Shown here in pieces: positions 29,064 through 37,643 of a DNA stretch of 64,000 nucleotides (position 1 is the stretch's first letter; every line of letters starts with the position of its first letter). This DNA is from Clostridia bacterium (GTDB taxonomy: Bacteria; Bacillota; Clostridia; Monoglobales; Monoglobaceae): NCBI GenBank assembly GCA_900769795.1, contig CAAGHZ010000001.1, positions 25,178-89,177 of the forward strand. Reading direction: 5' to 3'. A program made the position numbers and the translations under genes. The notes under the pieces are model-generated. The model made no database searches, had not been told where the DNA came from, and was given only the letters and a program-made list of their open reading frames with translations.

Positions 29064-29600
29064 ATGAAAGCAACAGGAATTGTAAGAAGAATCGACGACC
29101 TCGGTCGAGTTGTTATACCCAAAGAAATCCGCAGAACCATGAGAATAAGAGAGGGCGACCCGCTGGAAATATTCACCGAGAGTAACGGCACAGTTATATT
29201 TAAAAAATACTCACCCATCGGAGAACTTGGCGAGTTTGCCACACAATACGCAGAGTCTCTTGCAAAATCAGCGGGCCTTGCGGCATGCATAACCGACAAG
29301 GACAATATTATCGCGGTATCCGGCGCACCAAAGAAGGAACTCAGAGAGAAGAAGATCTCAACCGATCTTGAGAGAGTTATGCAAAGCAAATCACTCTTTC
29401 TCTCAAGTCCCGGCAGCAAAAGCATCTCTGTATCAGACGAGACAGACAAATACGAGGCAGGGGTAATCGCACCCATTATTTACGACGGTGACAGTATTGG
29501 CTCGGTTGTATTTATCGCAGATCCATCTGCAAAACTTGGTGAGTTAGAGTCAAAACTTGCAGAAACGGCGGCAGGATTTCTTGGGAAAACAATGGAGTAA
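29064..29600 (+). CDS. spoVT: Stage V sporulation protein T (AbrB-family regulator)
   Basis: MKATGIVRRIDDLGRVVIPKEIRRTMRIREGDPLEIF is the SpoVT/AbrB swapped-hairpin domain, followed by a GAF-like C-terminus. AAAGGAG lies 7 nt before the ATG at 29064. Confidence 0.93.
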   Translation: MKATGIVRRIDDLGRVVIPKEIRRTMRIREGDPLEIFTESNGTVIFKKYSPIGELGEFATQYAESLAKSAGLAACITDKDNIIAVSGAPKKELREKKISTDLERVMQSKSLFLSSPGSKSISVSDETDKYEAGVIAPIIYDGDSIGSVVFIADPSAKLGELESKLAETAAGFLGKTME

Positions 29601-29610
29601 TCATACACAG

Positions 29611-29650
29611 GTGCAATGGTTTTAGTAAAAACCATTGCACATTTTTTTTT
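29611..29650 (+). terminator. Strong intrinsic terminator after spoVT
   Basis: A 13-bp stem (GTGCAATGGTTTT/AAAACCATTGCAC) with a 4-nt loop, followed by A and T9. Confidence 0.85.
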
Positions 29651-29697
29651 AATATGTTAAAATAGGAATATTAAATACGAAAGGTTGCAAACAGTAT

Positions 29698-30441
29698 ATG
29701 AATAACGATATAATTTACGGAAGAAACCCCATAATAGAAGCTCTTGAGGCAAACCATACAATGGATAAAATCCTGATTCAGGATGGTGTGCGCCACTCTC
29801 AGATAGGCTATATCCGAAACCTTGCAAAAGATAGAGGCATCCTCTATCAGTTTGTTGACAAGCGAAAACTTGATAAAATGACAGATGGAGAAAACCATCA
29901 AGGCGTGGTAGCTCTTGCAGCGGCGCATTCATATACTGATTTAAGTGATATTTTAGCCGCAGCAAAAGAATCAGGCGAGGCACCATTCTTAGTTATTGCC
30001 GACGGCATAACCGACCCGCAAAACCTTGGCAGCATAATCAGAACCGCCAACGCAGCAGGGGCACACGGTGTAATTATCCCCAAAAACAGAAGTGTATCAT
30101 TGAATTCTGTAGTTGCAAAAGTCTCTGCCGGTGCGATAGAGCACACACCGGTTGCGAGAGTGACAAATATTGCACAGACCCTTGAACTTCTAAAAAAAGA
30201 AGGCTTGTGGATTGCAGGCACCGCACTTGAAGCGACTCAGCTTTGCTATGAGTGCGACCTGACAGATCCTCTTGGCATCGTTATTGGCAGCGAGGGCGAA
30301 GGTATGAGTCGAATAGTGCGCGAACACTGCGACTATCTCGTTAAAATCCCTATGCTCGGCAAGACGGAGTCTTTAAACGCATCCGTTGCGGCAGGGGTGC
30401 TTTTATACGAGGCAGTAAGACAGCGAATAAACAAAAAGTAG
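29698..30441 (+). CDS. rlmB: SpoU/TrmH-family 23S rRNA 2'-O-methyltransferase (RlmB-like)
   Basis: 247 aa. Motifs IVIGSEGEGMSR and ESLNASVAAGVLLYE. Confidence 0.85.
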   Translation: MNNDIIYGRNPIIEALEANHTMDKILIQDGVRHSQIGYIRNLAKDRGILYQFVDKRKLDKMTDGENHQGVVALAAAHSYTDLSDILAAAKESGEAPFLVIADGITDPQNLGSIIRTANAAGAHGVIIPKNRSVSLNSVVAKVSAGAIEHTPVARVTNIAQTLELLKKEGLWIAGTALEATQLCYECDLTDPLGIVIGSEGEGMSRIVREHCDYLVKIPMLGKTESLNASVAAGVLLYEAVRQRINKK

Positions 30442-30473
30442 GTTGCAAACCAACACAGAAAGGCTTGAAGTAT

Positions 30474-31250
30474 ATGAGAATTCTCACTATAGGAGATATA
30501 AACGGCGAAGAAGGCAGAGAGTTTGTCTATAATAACCTTGGCAGAATAAAAAACAAGTATAGCATCGACTTTTGTATTGCAAACGGAGAAAACAGCGGTG
30601 ACCCCAACGGCATAACCCGTGATATCGCAAGCACTCTTATCACTTGCGGAGTGGACGTCATCACTATGGGCAACCACACTTATGACAACAAAGAGTCAGG
30701 ACTTGTGCTTGAAGAAAACGAAAGAGTAATCAGACCTCTTAACTTCCCACCCGAACTCGAGGGCTGCGGATATTACACCGCCGATCTTGGAAACGCAAAA
30801 ATTGCCGTTGTAAATTTAAGCGGCAGAATCGGCATGACTCCCGTTGACTGTCCATTTCACGCGATTGAACGCCTTTTGCCAAAGCTTGACGCAGATATAA
30901 TTGTAATAGATATGCACGCAGAGGCAACAAGCGAAAAAATTGCCTTTGCCAACTTTGTTGACGGCAAAGTAAGTGTAGTTTTCGGCACGCATACTCATGT
31001 GCAGACGGCAGATGATAGAATTCTGCCAAATGGCACAGGATATATCACAGACCTTGGTATGACAGGGGTTGAAGACTCTGTACTTGGGGTAAAAAAAGAA
31101 ATCATTATCGACTACTATTACAGTGCAGTAAAAAAATTCAGATTTGAAAAAGCCCATGGCGAGGTTACATTCCACGGGTGTATCTTCGACGTTGATATAA
31201 AAAGCGGTAAGACAACCGCAGTAGAGAGAGTTAGATTCAATCGACTGTAA
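30474..31250 (+). CDS. ymdB: YmdB-like metallophosphoesterase (2',3'-cyclic-nucleotide phosphodiesterase family)
   Basis: Motifs MRILTIGDINGEEGRE and MGNHTYD. The ATG at 30474 lies 10 nt after AGAAAGG; the TTG at 30465 is too close to it. Confidence 0.85.
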   Translation: MRILTIGDINGEEGREFVYNNLGRIKNKYSIDFCIANGENSGDPNGITRDIASTLITCGVDVITMGNHTYDNKESGLVLEENERVIRPLNFPPELEGCGYYTADLGNAKIAVVNLSGRIGMTPVDCPFHAIERLLPKLDADIIVIDMHAEATSEKIAFANFVDGKVSVVFGTHTHVQTADDRILPNGTGYITDLGMTGVEDSVLGVKKEIIIDYYYSAVKKFRFEKAHGEVTFHGCIFDVDIKSGKTTAVERVRFNRL

Positions 31251-31263
31251 CGGAGGCCTGCAG

Positions 31264-32055
31264 ATGAGTTTTTATGAACAGGGTTTTGAAAACAGATTAT
31301 ACTTAAAATCAAATTTATTTGACAACAATATAATAACACACTGCTTTACAACAAAATGTGGTGGCGTCAGCAAGGGAGATATCAATGGCCTAAACCTTGG
31401 TTTCAGGGTGAATGATAACGAAGCCTCCGTGAGAGAAAACTACCGCCTGATTGCATGCGACATGGAGCTTGACCTGAACAAAGCCGTCCTGTCAAAGCAA
31501 ACCCACACCGACAACATACGTATCATATCAAAAGATGACTTCGGGAAAGGCATTATGCGCACCAGTGACATTGAAGACACTGACGGACTCGTCACCAACA
31601 TTGAGGGCGCTGCCCTTGTTGTTTTTTCAGCAGATTGCACCCCTGTTTTGCTCTTTGACCCTATACAAAAGGTGGCTGCAGCCGTCCACTCCGGATGGCG
31701 GGGCAGCGTCAAAAAGATTGCACCAAAATGTGTAGAACTTATGGAGACAGAATTTGGTTCAAATCTCCACGACATACTTGTTGCAATTGGTCCATGTATC
31801 GGGCAATGTTGTTTTGAGTTCGGCAATGATGCAACAAATTATTTTGACGCAAACTATCTCAAACCCTCAGGCAACGACAAGTATATGGTTGACCTAAGAT
31901 TATATATTTCAGACAGCCTGATATCTGTTGGCATTGATAAAAATAATATTGATATATGCGACGCTTGTACAATGTGCAACACGGATAAGTTTTATTCCTA
32001 CCGTGCAAACAAGGATAAGACAGGTCGTCAGGCAGCAATAATAATGATAAAATAA
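31264..32055 (+). CDS. pgeF: YfiH/PgeF laccase-domain protein (DUF152)
   Basis: Motifs VHSGWRGS and CTMCNTDKFYSYR. Confidence 0.85.
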   Translation: MSFYEQGFENRLYLKSNLFDNNIITHCFTTKCGGVSKGDINGLNLGFRVNDNEASVRENYRLIACDMELDLNKAVLSKQTHTDNIRIISKDDFGKGIMRTSDIEDTDGLVTNIEGAALVVFSADCTPVLLFDPIQKVAAAVHSGWRGSVKKIAPKCVELMETEFGSNLHDILVAIGPCIGQCCFEFGNDATNYFDANYLKPSGNDKYMVDLRLYISDSLISVGIDKNNIDICDACTMCNTDKFYSYRANKDKTGRQAAIIMIK

Positions 32056-32089
32056 AATAGACCCGCAGGCATATGAACTGCAACAGTTT

Positions 32090-32500
32090 ATGCAGACAAC
32101 AAAAAAAGTTATACATCTCGGTGATTGAATATTTGTCTTTGTGATAATATATAATCATACATTTTATACTTGCCCGCACATCCTTTCTGTGAGCGAGAAA
32201 AAATCCCGCAACAGTTCATTTTCCATCTTCAATCTTTTATTTTCATATTTGTATTCCTGCACTGTCTTTGCAGGCTTTCTTCCTCGTTGTTTCGGAACAT
32301 TAAAATTACATAATTTATTATTTTCTTGTGTACACATATTTTTTATTGTCTTAAATGGTTTATTGTATTCTACGGCTAACGATTTAAATGTTTCTCCTCC
32401 ATGATGTCTTCTTACAATTTCATCAATAATTACTTGTGGTGTGTTTGGTATTCCTTTTTTGTCTTGGCATAAAAATACCACCTATGTTTTTAATATTATA
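32090..32500 (-). mobile_element. IS3-family insertion sequence remnant (orfA plus the first codons of orfB; 3' part deleted)
   Basis: orfA has an HTH region and a leucine-zipper-like KRLKMENELLRDF. A following frame reads YHKDKYSITEMYNFF, like the start of an IS3 OrfB, then similarity stops. No intact transposase and no recognisable second end. The boundaries are approximate. Confidence 0.5.
32164..32481 (-). pseudogene. IS3-family transposase OrfA, probably frameshifted at its 5' end
   Basis: The ATG at 32470 reads MPRQK, then an A6 run (plus strand T6, 32455-32460) shifts frame. Removing one A would fuse MPRQK to GIPNTPQVIIDEIV. The track ORF starts at a GTG with no ribosome-binding site. 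Confidence 0.55.
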
Positions 32501-32503
32501 CCA

Positions 32504-32543
32504 TAAAAAATGATGGCAGACGCAAAAAAGTGTCTGCCATCAT
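32504..32543 (-). terminator. Intrinsic terminator after the locus A AraC regulator
   Basis: A 12-bp stem (ATGATGGCAGAC/GTCTGCCATCAT) with a 10-nt loop, followed on the minus strand by TTTTTTAT. Confidence 0.75.
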
Positions 32544-32559
32544 TATATCACTTCACTCA

Positions 32560-33384
32560 TTAGTCACCATATTTATACTCAATATTTTTCCTGCGATATA
32601 TCAGCGGGGATTCTCCGCATTTTTGCCTGAATCTGCGGGAAAAGTAAAACTGATCGCAGAATCCCAGGGTCGCGCTTATCTCACCAATGGACAACTCTCT
32701 ATTTAGCAACATTAGTTTTGCCTTTTCTATTAAAAGAGTATCTATATATTCACCTGTTGACTGTCCAAATTCTCGTCGAAAATGATTATTTAGCGTGTTT
32801 CTGCAGATAAACAAATCCTCGCATACATGTTTTACCGTCAGCCGTGCAGAGAGATGCTCCTTTATATAGTCAACGGCCATAATAACATCCGGCGAATGAT
32901 TTTGATAAGATACGGCTATGCCACACGACTTTAAAAATCTGACAATATCCAGAGAAATCCGACTGCGAAGGGCAAACAGGTCTTTCTCGTCTGTGCTGTG
33001 ATAAAGGTCAACAAGTTCTTCTATATAATCGCATCGGAATCCCTCTTGCATACTGCATAATGAAAGAATATCCTTCCCTGTAAAATCAACAACCTTAACA
33101 TGAAAAAACAGTTGCTTTACATCACCACTAATTACAGTTCTAATCGTCTGTCCGGCAGGAATCAGGTACACATTTCCCTTTCGCATCACATATTTCTTTC
33201 TGCTTACCTCAATTTCCTGCTCTCCGTCAATAATATAGTAAAGTCGTGAAAACGGAGGCGATGTCAGTTCCCACGAATATTTTGGTGCAATATGAGCAAA
33301 ACCGCTTTCGACAACCTCTAGATTTACGGTTCCTTTATTAAATTCACGCGAGTGAAAAACCTTAATCATTGTGCATTTCTCCAT
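32560..33384 (-). CDS. AraC-family transcriptional regulator (cupin-like N-terminus, HTH C-terminus)
   Basis: 274 aa. The C-terminal FCDQFYFSRRFRQKCGESP is a typical AraC HTH. It is divergent from the GH29 operon. Confidence 0.85.
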   Translation of the reverse strand: MEKCTMIKVFHSREFNKGTVNLEVVESGFAHIAPKYSWELTSPPFSRLYYIIDGEQEIEVSRKKYVMRKGNVYLIPAGQTIRTVISGDVKQLFFHVKVVDFTGKDILSLCSMQEGFRCDYIEELVDLYHSTDEKDLFALRSRISLDIVRFLKSCGIAVSYQNHSPDVIMAVDYIKEHLSARLTVKHVCEDLFICRNTLNNHFRREFGQSTGEYIDTLLIEKAKLMLLNRELSIGEISATLGFCDQFYFSRRFRQKCGESPLIYRRKNIEYKYGD

Positions 33385-33506
33385 ATATTGTTATCAGATA
33401 TTTATGGACTTTACTGTAGTTTTGCAATAAAATCTGTTTAAAATACATATTATTTATATCATTTATTTTGGCTAATGTCAATATTTTATGAAGATTGGAG
33501 ATTGTT

Positions 33507-34811
33507 ATGTTAGATTATGGAGTAAGAAAAACCCCCGGAAACACCGCCTGGTTTACCCACGACCGTCTTGGGCTTTTTATTCACTTTGGTCTGTATGCTA
33601 TGCCTGCCTGCGGCGAGTGGTGTAAACTTACAAAGCAAATTTCAGAAGAAAAATATCAAAAATACTTTGACTACTTTAATCCTGACCTTTTTGATGCACG
33701 AGAGTGGGCTAGAGCGGCAAAAAATGCAGGTATGAAATACGCCGTTCTGACAACTAAGCACCACGAGGGATTTTGTCTCTTTGACACAAAATACACAGAC
33801 TATAAAATAACCAACACTTCATTTGGCAGGGATCTTGTCAGGGAATACGCAGATGCCTTTCGAGCAGAGGGATTACATGTGGGCCTATATTACTCTCTAA
33901 TAGACTGGCATCATCCTGATTTTACAGTTGACCGCTTTCACCCAAGAGGAAAGGATAATGATACTCAGAATATAAATGACGGTCGCGATATGAAAAAATA
34001 TGCAGAGTATATGCGCAATCAGGTTTCAGAACTTCTCTCAAACTACGGCAAGATTGATATTCTGTGGCTCGACTTTTCTTACGAAGGGAGCGATAAATGG
34101 CCACAGGGCAAAGGTAAAAATGAATATGAATCTCAGAAATTGATTGACCTTGCGCGGAAACTTCAGCCTGAAATCATTATAGATAACCGCGCAGATATTG
34201 ACCAGGACATCTGGACACCCGAACAATATCAACCCACCGAGTGGGTTAAGCACAGGGAGACCGGCGAGCCTGTTGTGTGGGAGGCATGTCATACAATGTC
34301 AGGCCTATGGGGATATAATCGTGACGAATTAAAAGTCAAAAGTCCCGAGATGCTGATTAAGATGATTATCAAATCCGTCTCTCTTGGCGGAAATATAATT
34401 CTTAACGTCGGGCCTGACGCACGAGGCCGCTTTGACGAGTACTCTGAAAAAACTCTTAAAGAAATCGGCAAATGGATGAGTCTTAACAGTCGCTCTGTAT
34501 ATGGCTGCACCATGGCAATGCCGGAATTCAAATCTCCAAACGGCTGTCTGTACACACAAAGTCAAGATGGCAAGCGCCTTTATGTGCATCTTATCGATTA
34601 TCCCTTCCGCTTTCTTGAGTTACCTGGACTGGTTGGCAAAATTGACTATGCACAGTTCTTAAATGACGGAAGTGAAATTATTTTTACCGAAAACAAAGTA
34701 ACGAGCCTTGCAGATTCGTATGCAAAGGATTTATCAGGCATCGTAATGCTTGAACTTCCGACAATAAAGCCTAACGTAACCATCCCTGTTATCGAACTGT
34801 TTTTAAAATAA
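33507..34811 (+). CDS. GH29 alpha-L-fucosidase, no signal peptide
   Basis: Motifs LTTKHHEGFCLFDT and IDILWLDFS. The ATG at 33507 follows GGAG. Confidence 0.85.
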   Translation: MLDYGVRKTPGNTAWFTHDRLGLFIHFGLYAMPACGEWCKLTKQISEEKYQKYFDYFNPDLFDAREWARAAKNAGMKYAVLTTKHHEGFCLFDTKYTDYKITNTSFGRDLVREYADAFRAEGLHVGLYYSLIDWHHPDFTVDRFHPRGKDNDTQNINDGRDMKKYAEYMRNQVSELLSNYGKIDILWLDFSYEGSDKWPQGKGKNEYESQKLIDLARKLQPEIIIDNRADIDQDIWTPEQYQPTEWVKHRETGEPVVWEACHTMSGLWGYNRDELKVKSPEMLIKMIIKSVSLGGNIILNVGPDARGRFDEYSEKTLKEIGKWMSLNSRSVYGCTMAMPEFKSPNGCLYTQSQDGKRLYVHLIDYPFRFLELPGLVGKIDYAQFLNDGSEIIFTENKVTSLADSYAKDLSGIVMLELPTIKPNVTIPVIELFLK

Positions 34812-34824
34812 AGGAGTGATTGAT

Positions 34825-36090
34825 TTGAAAAAAGAAAAGTTACGAATTGCCCTTGTAGGTTGCGGTCAGTTTTGTCGCAATTTTGTGCCTTTGTTTCGCG
34901 ACCATCCGGCAGTCGAATATGTGGCCGTATGTGACAAATTCCGCAACCGTGCAGAAGACTTTCAAACCACATATGGCGTGGGCCGTGTTATAGACACCTT
35001 CGACGATGTACTTGCTGCTGATGACATTAACGCAGTTGCAATTTTCACACAACGTGACCTCCATGGTGATATGGCAATGCGCTCACTTATGGCGGGCAAG
35101 CATGTGTATTCGGCCGTGCCAATGTCTCTTAAAGCAGAAGACATTCTTGAGATTGTTAGACTTGTCAAAGAAACCGGCCTGACATATTCAATGGGGGAGA
35201 CAGGTGTATACAGACCTGCAGCAATCTTCTGCCGCAAAAAATTTGCCTCCGGCGAAATGGGCGACATGGTTTACGCCGAGGCACAATACAATCACGATAT
35301 GAAGCGTCTTTACCATGTGTTTCAAAACACAGAGGGTGACAAATGGAGATTAATGGCAGGACTTCCTCCTATGTTATATCCAACACACTCAACCTCTATG
35401 GTGTTATCGTCAGCAAACACACACGCTGTAAAGGTTGCGGCGTTTGGTATGGAGGATAGATATGACACTGATATTTTTGGCAAAGGTAAAAATTATTGGG
35501 ATAATCCTTTTTCAAATACCTCAATGCTCTTAAAACTCAACAACGGGGCTATTGCGCGCATCAGCGAGAACAGACGAATAGCGTGGCACTTTCCAGAAAC
35601 TTACCTCTCATCTTTTAATGGTACTAAAGCCTCTTACGAATGTTCCCTTGCGCAGCACAGTTATGTACAGATGAAAGAAGACGGTCTTGTTGACTTTACC
35701 GATGTGAGTGACCTACTCAACCCAACTGAACTGACCGCTCATAAACACGACATTGACTTTATGAAACAAATTTCCAACAACAAGTGGTCTCGTGGCGAGG
35801 CTCCTATTCAGATGACCGCACGTCTTCCCAAAGAGTTTGTCTCCCTCCACACAGGACACGGTGGCACACATAAGTTTATGGTAGACGACTTCTGTCAGGC
35901 TTACGCAACTGGCAAACTCTCTCCTACCAACGCATGGACGGCTGCAAGGTATAACCTTCCCGGCCTTATTGCTCACCAAAGCGCATTAAACGGCGGTGCA
36001 ACCATGGATATCCCCGACCTAGGAGACCCTCCTGCACATCTTGAAGTTCTATCTCTTGACCGCACTGAAAACGAGGACGACTACAGATGA
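34825..36090 (+). CDS. Gfo/Idh/MocA-family NAD(P)-dependent oxidoreductase (long form, about 421 aa)
   Basis: Rossmann start RIALVGCGQF. The TTG at 34825 lies 8 nt after AAGGAG, whereas the track GTG at 34816 sits inside the Shine-Dalgarno sequence. Confidence 0.8.
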   Translation: MKKEKLRIALVGCGQFCRNFVPLFRDHPAVEYVAVCDKFRNRAEDFQTTYGVGRVIDTFDDVLAADDINAVAIFTQRDLHGDMAMRSLMAGKHVYSAVPMSLKAEDILEIVRLVKETGLTYSMGETGVYRPAAIFCRKKFASGEMGDMVYAEAQYNHDMKRLYHVFQNTEGDKWRLMAGLPPMLYPTHSTSMVLSSANTHAVKVAAFGMEDRYDTDIFGKGKNYWDNPFSNTSMLLKLNNGAIARISENRRIAWHFPETYLSSFNGTKASYECSLAQHSYVQMKEDGLVDFTDVSDLLNPTELTAHKHDIDFMKQISNNKWSRGEAPIQMTARLPKEFVSLHTGHGGTHKFMVDDFCQAYATGKLSPTNAWTAARYNLPGLIAHQSALNGGATMDIPDLGDPPAHLEVLSLDRTENEDDYR

Positions 36091-36959
36091 AATACTTAGT
36101 AATGACAGTTTCCATTTTATTATCCGTACTCAATGCTTGTTTGCTTAAAAGCTATACCAACGGGCAAAATAAGACATATAACACCCTTCTCTTTAACAGT
36201 GGGGTCTGTGCTATGTGGGCAACGCTTCTCTCCGGCCTCCTAGCCATTTCAGTCAATGAAGTAAACCTAACAACGGTAGGTTTTGGAATCGTATATGGAG
36301 TAATTCTGTTTGCCTTCTTATTTTATAAGACCTCAACTATGCAAACAGGTCCCATTACTCTTGGAACTTTGGTTGGCAGTTGCGCATTTTTGATTACAAT
36401 CATATATGGAGTTGGCTTTTGCGATGAAAGTATAAACATCGAGCAAATTTCAGGAATTCTTCTGTTAATTATATCGCTTGTTTTTTGTATAAACCCTAAA
36501 AAAAGTACAGAAATTCTAACCGGTAAATGGCTCTTTAATTGCACATGTTTTTTCCTTGCAGGTGGCGCGGTAGGAATTTTATACAAAATTTTTGGTGCTT
36601 CTCCCGTCAAAGATAATGCTGATGCTATGCTTTGTACTGCGGCAATTGTCGGTTTTCTGCTCTTTCTTATAAGCAATATAATATTTTCTGCAAAGAATAA
36701 ATGTAACATAAAGCCTTGCAAACGCACCGTTGTATATATGATACTAAGTGGGATTGCAAGCTGCATATATATTAGACTTAATATTTCTTTGTCAGCTATA
36801 ATTCCAAGCGTTGTTTTCTTTCCGGTAAGCAACGGAGGCATGGTTATTCTGTCCGCACTATGCGGAAAATTAGTGTACGGCGAAAAACTCAACCGCAGAC
36901 AATCAGCCGGTATAATTCTCGGTTGTGTCGCTATATTGATTATTGGGTGTGCCCAATAG
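36087..36959 (+). CDS. 10-TM membrane protein, DMT/EamA-like putative sugar permease
   Basis: 290 aa and about 10 hydrophobic segments in two halves. An ATGA overlap couples it to the oxidoreductase gene. The family call rests on topology and size only. Confidence 0.5.
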   Translation: MKYLVMTVSILLSVLNACLLKSYTNGQNKTYNTLLFNSGVCAMWATLLSGLLAISVNEVNLTTVGFGIVYGVILFAFLFYKTSTMQTGPITLGTLVGSCAFLITIIYGVGFCDESINIEQISGILLLIISLVFCINPKKSTEILTGKWLFNCTCFFLAGGAVGILYKIFGASPVKDNADAMLCTAAIVGFLLFLISNIIFSAKNKCNIKPCKRTVVYMILSGIASCIYIRLNISLSAIIPSVVFFPVSNGGMVILSALCGKLVYGEKLNRRQSAGIILGCVAILIIGCAQ

Positions 36960-36981
36960 TTTATCAGTTTTTAACATAAAA

Positions 36982-37010
36982 AAAGAACTACAGATTGATT
37001 GTAGTTCTTT
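36982..37010. terminator. Bidirectional terminator between the permease gene and mgsA
   Basis: An 11-bp stem (AAAGAACTACA/TGTAGTTCTTT) with a 7-nt loop, flanked by an A-run and a T-rich run. Confidence 0.7.
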
Positions 37011-37020
37011 ACTTTTATCT

Positions 37021-37425
37021 TTATGCTTTTGGGTTAACGATGTCTCTCCAGCCGAGGTCACCGCGCTCAATACCCATAATCAGCACTTCTGCCGTTGCAA
37101 TGTTAGTTGCAAGAGGCACGTTGTGAACATCGCAGAGTCTGAAAAGCGAACTGATATCCGGTTCATGAGGCTGTGCAGTAAGCGGGTCTCTGAAAAACAA
37201 TACGCAGTCAATCTCGTTATATGCAACTCTGGCGCCAATCTGCTGGTCGCCACCCTCAGGACCTGAAAGGAATTTACTTATCGGAAGTCCGGTAGCCTCT
37301 TCAACAAGGTTTCCGGTTGTACCTGTAGCAAACAAGTTGTGTTTTTTAAGTATACCACTGTATGCTATACAAAAGTCAACCATTAGTTCCTTCTTCTTAT
37401 CATGAGCAATTAATGCAATGTTCAT
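37021..37425 (-). CDS. mgsA: Methylglyoxal synthase
   Basis: 134 aa. Motifs [10 protein letters not shown] and LFATGTTG. Confidence 0.95.
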   Translation of the reverse strand: MNIALIAHDKKKELMVDFCIAYSGILKKHNLFATGTTGNLVEEATGLPISKFLSGPEGGDQQIGARVAYNEIDCVLFFRDPLTAQPHEPDISSLFRLCDVHNVPLATNIATAEVLIMGIERGDLGWRDIVNPKA

Positions 37426-37563
37426 AAGCTTTCACCTCTTTGCAATTCTACCATTTAGGTTCTGCATACACTTGCCAAGATATATGTATGCTATGCGGCT
37501 TGTAAATATATCTTTTTTCTCTACGCAAACCGCACTGATAACAACTTCTTCTTTATGTTATCT

Positions 37564-37592
37564 ATAATATCATAATCTTTTCCAAAAGTCAA
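37564..37592 (-). promoter_or_regulatory. Candidate promoter for mgsA
   Basis: On the minus strand: TTGACT, a 17-nt spacer, then TATTAT. This would leave a leader of about 130 nt. Confidence 0.4.
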
Positions 37593-37643
37593 AGATAAAT
37601 ACAGTATTTTTTTATATTTTACTCTTGATGTCCGGACAAATCT

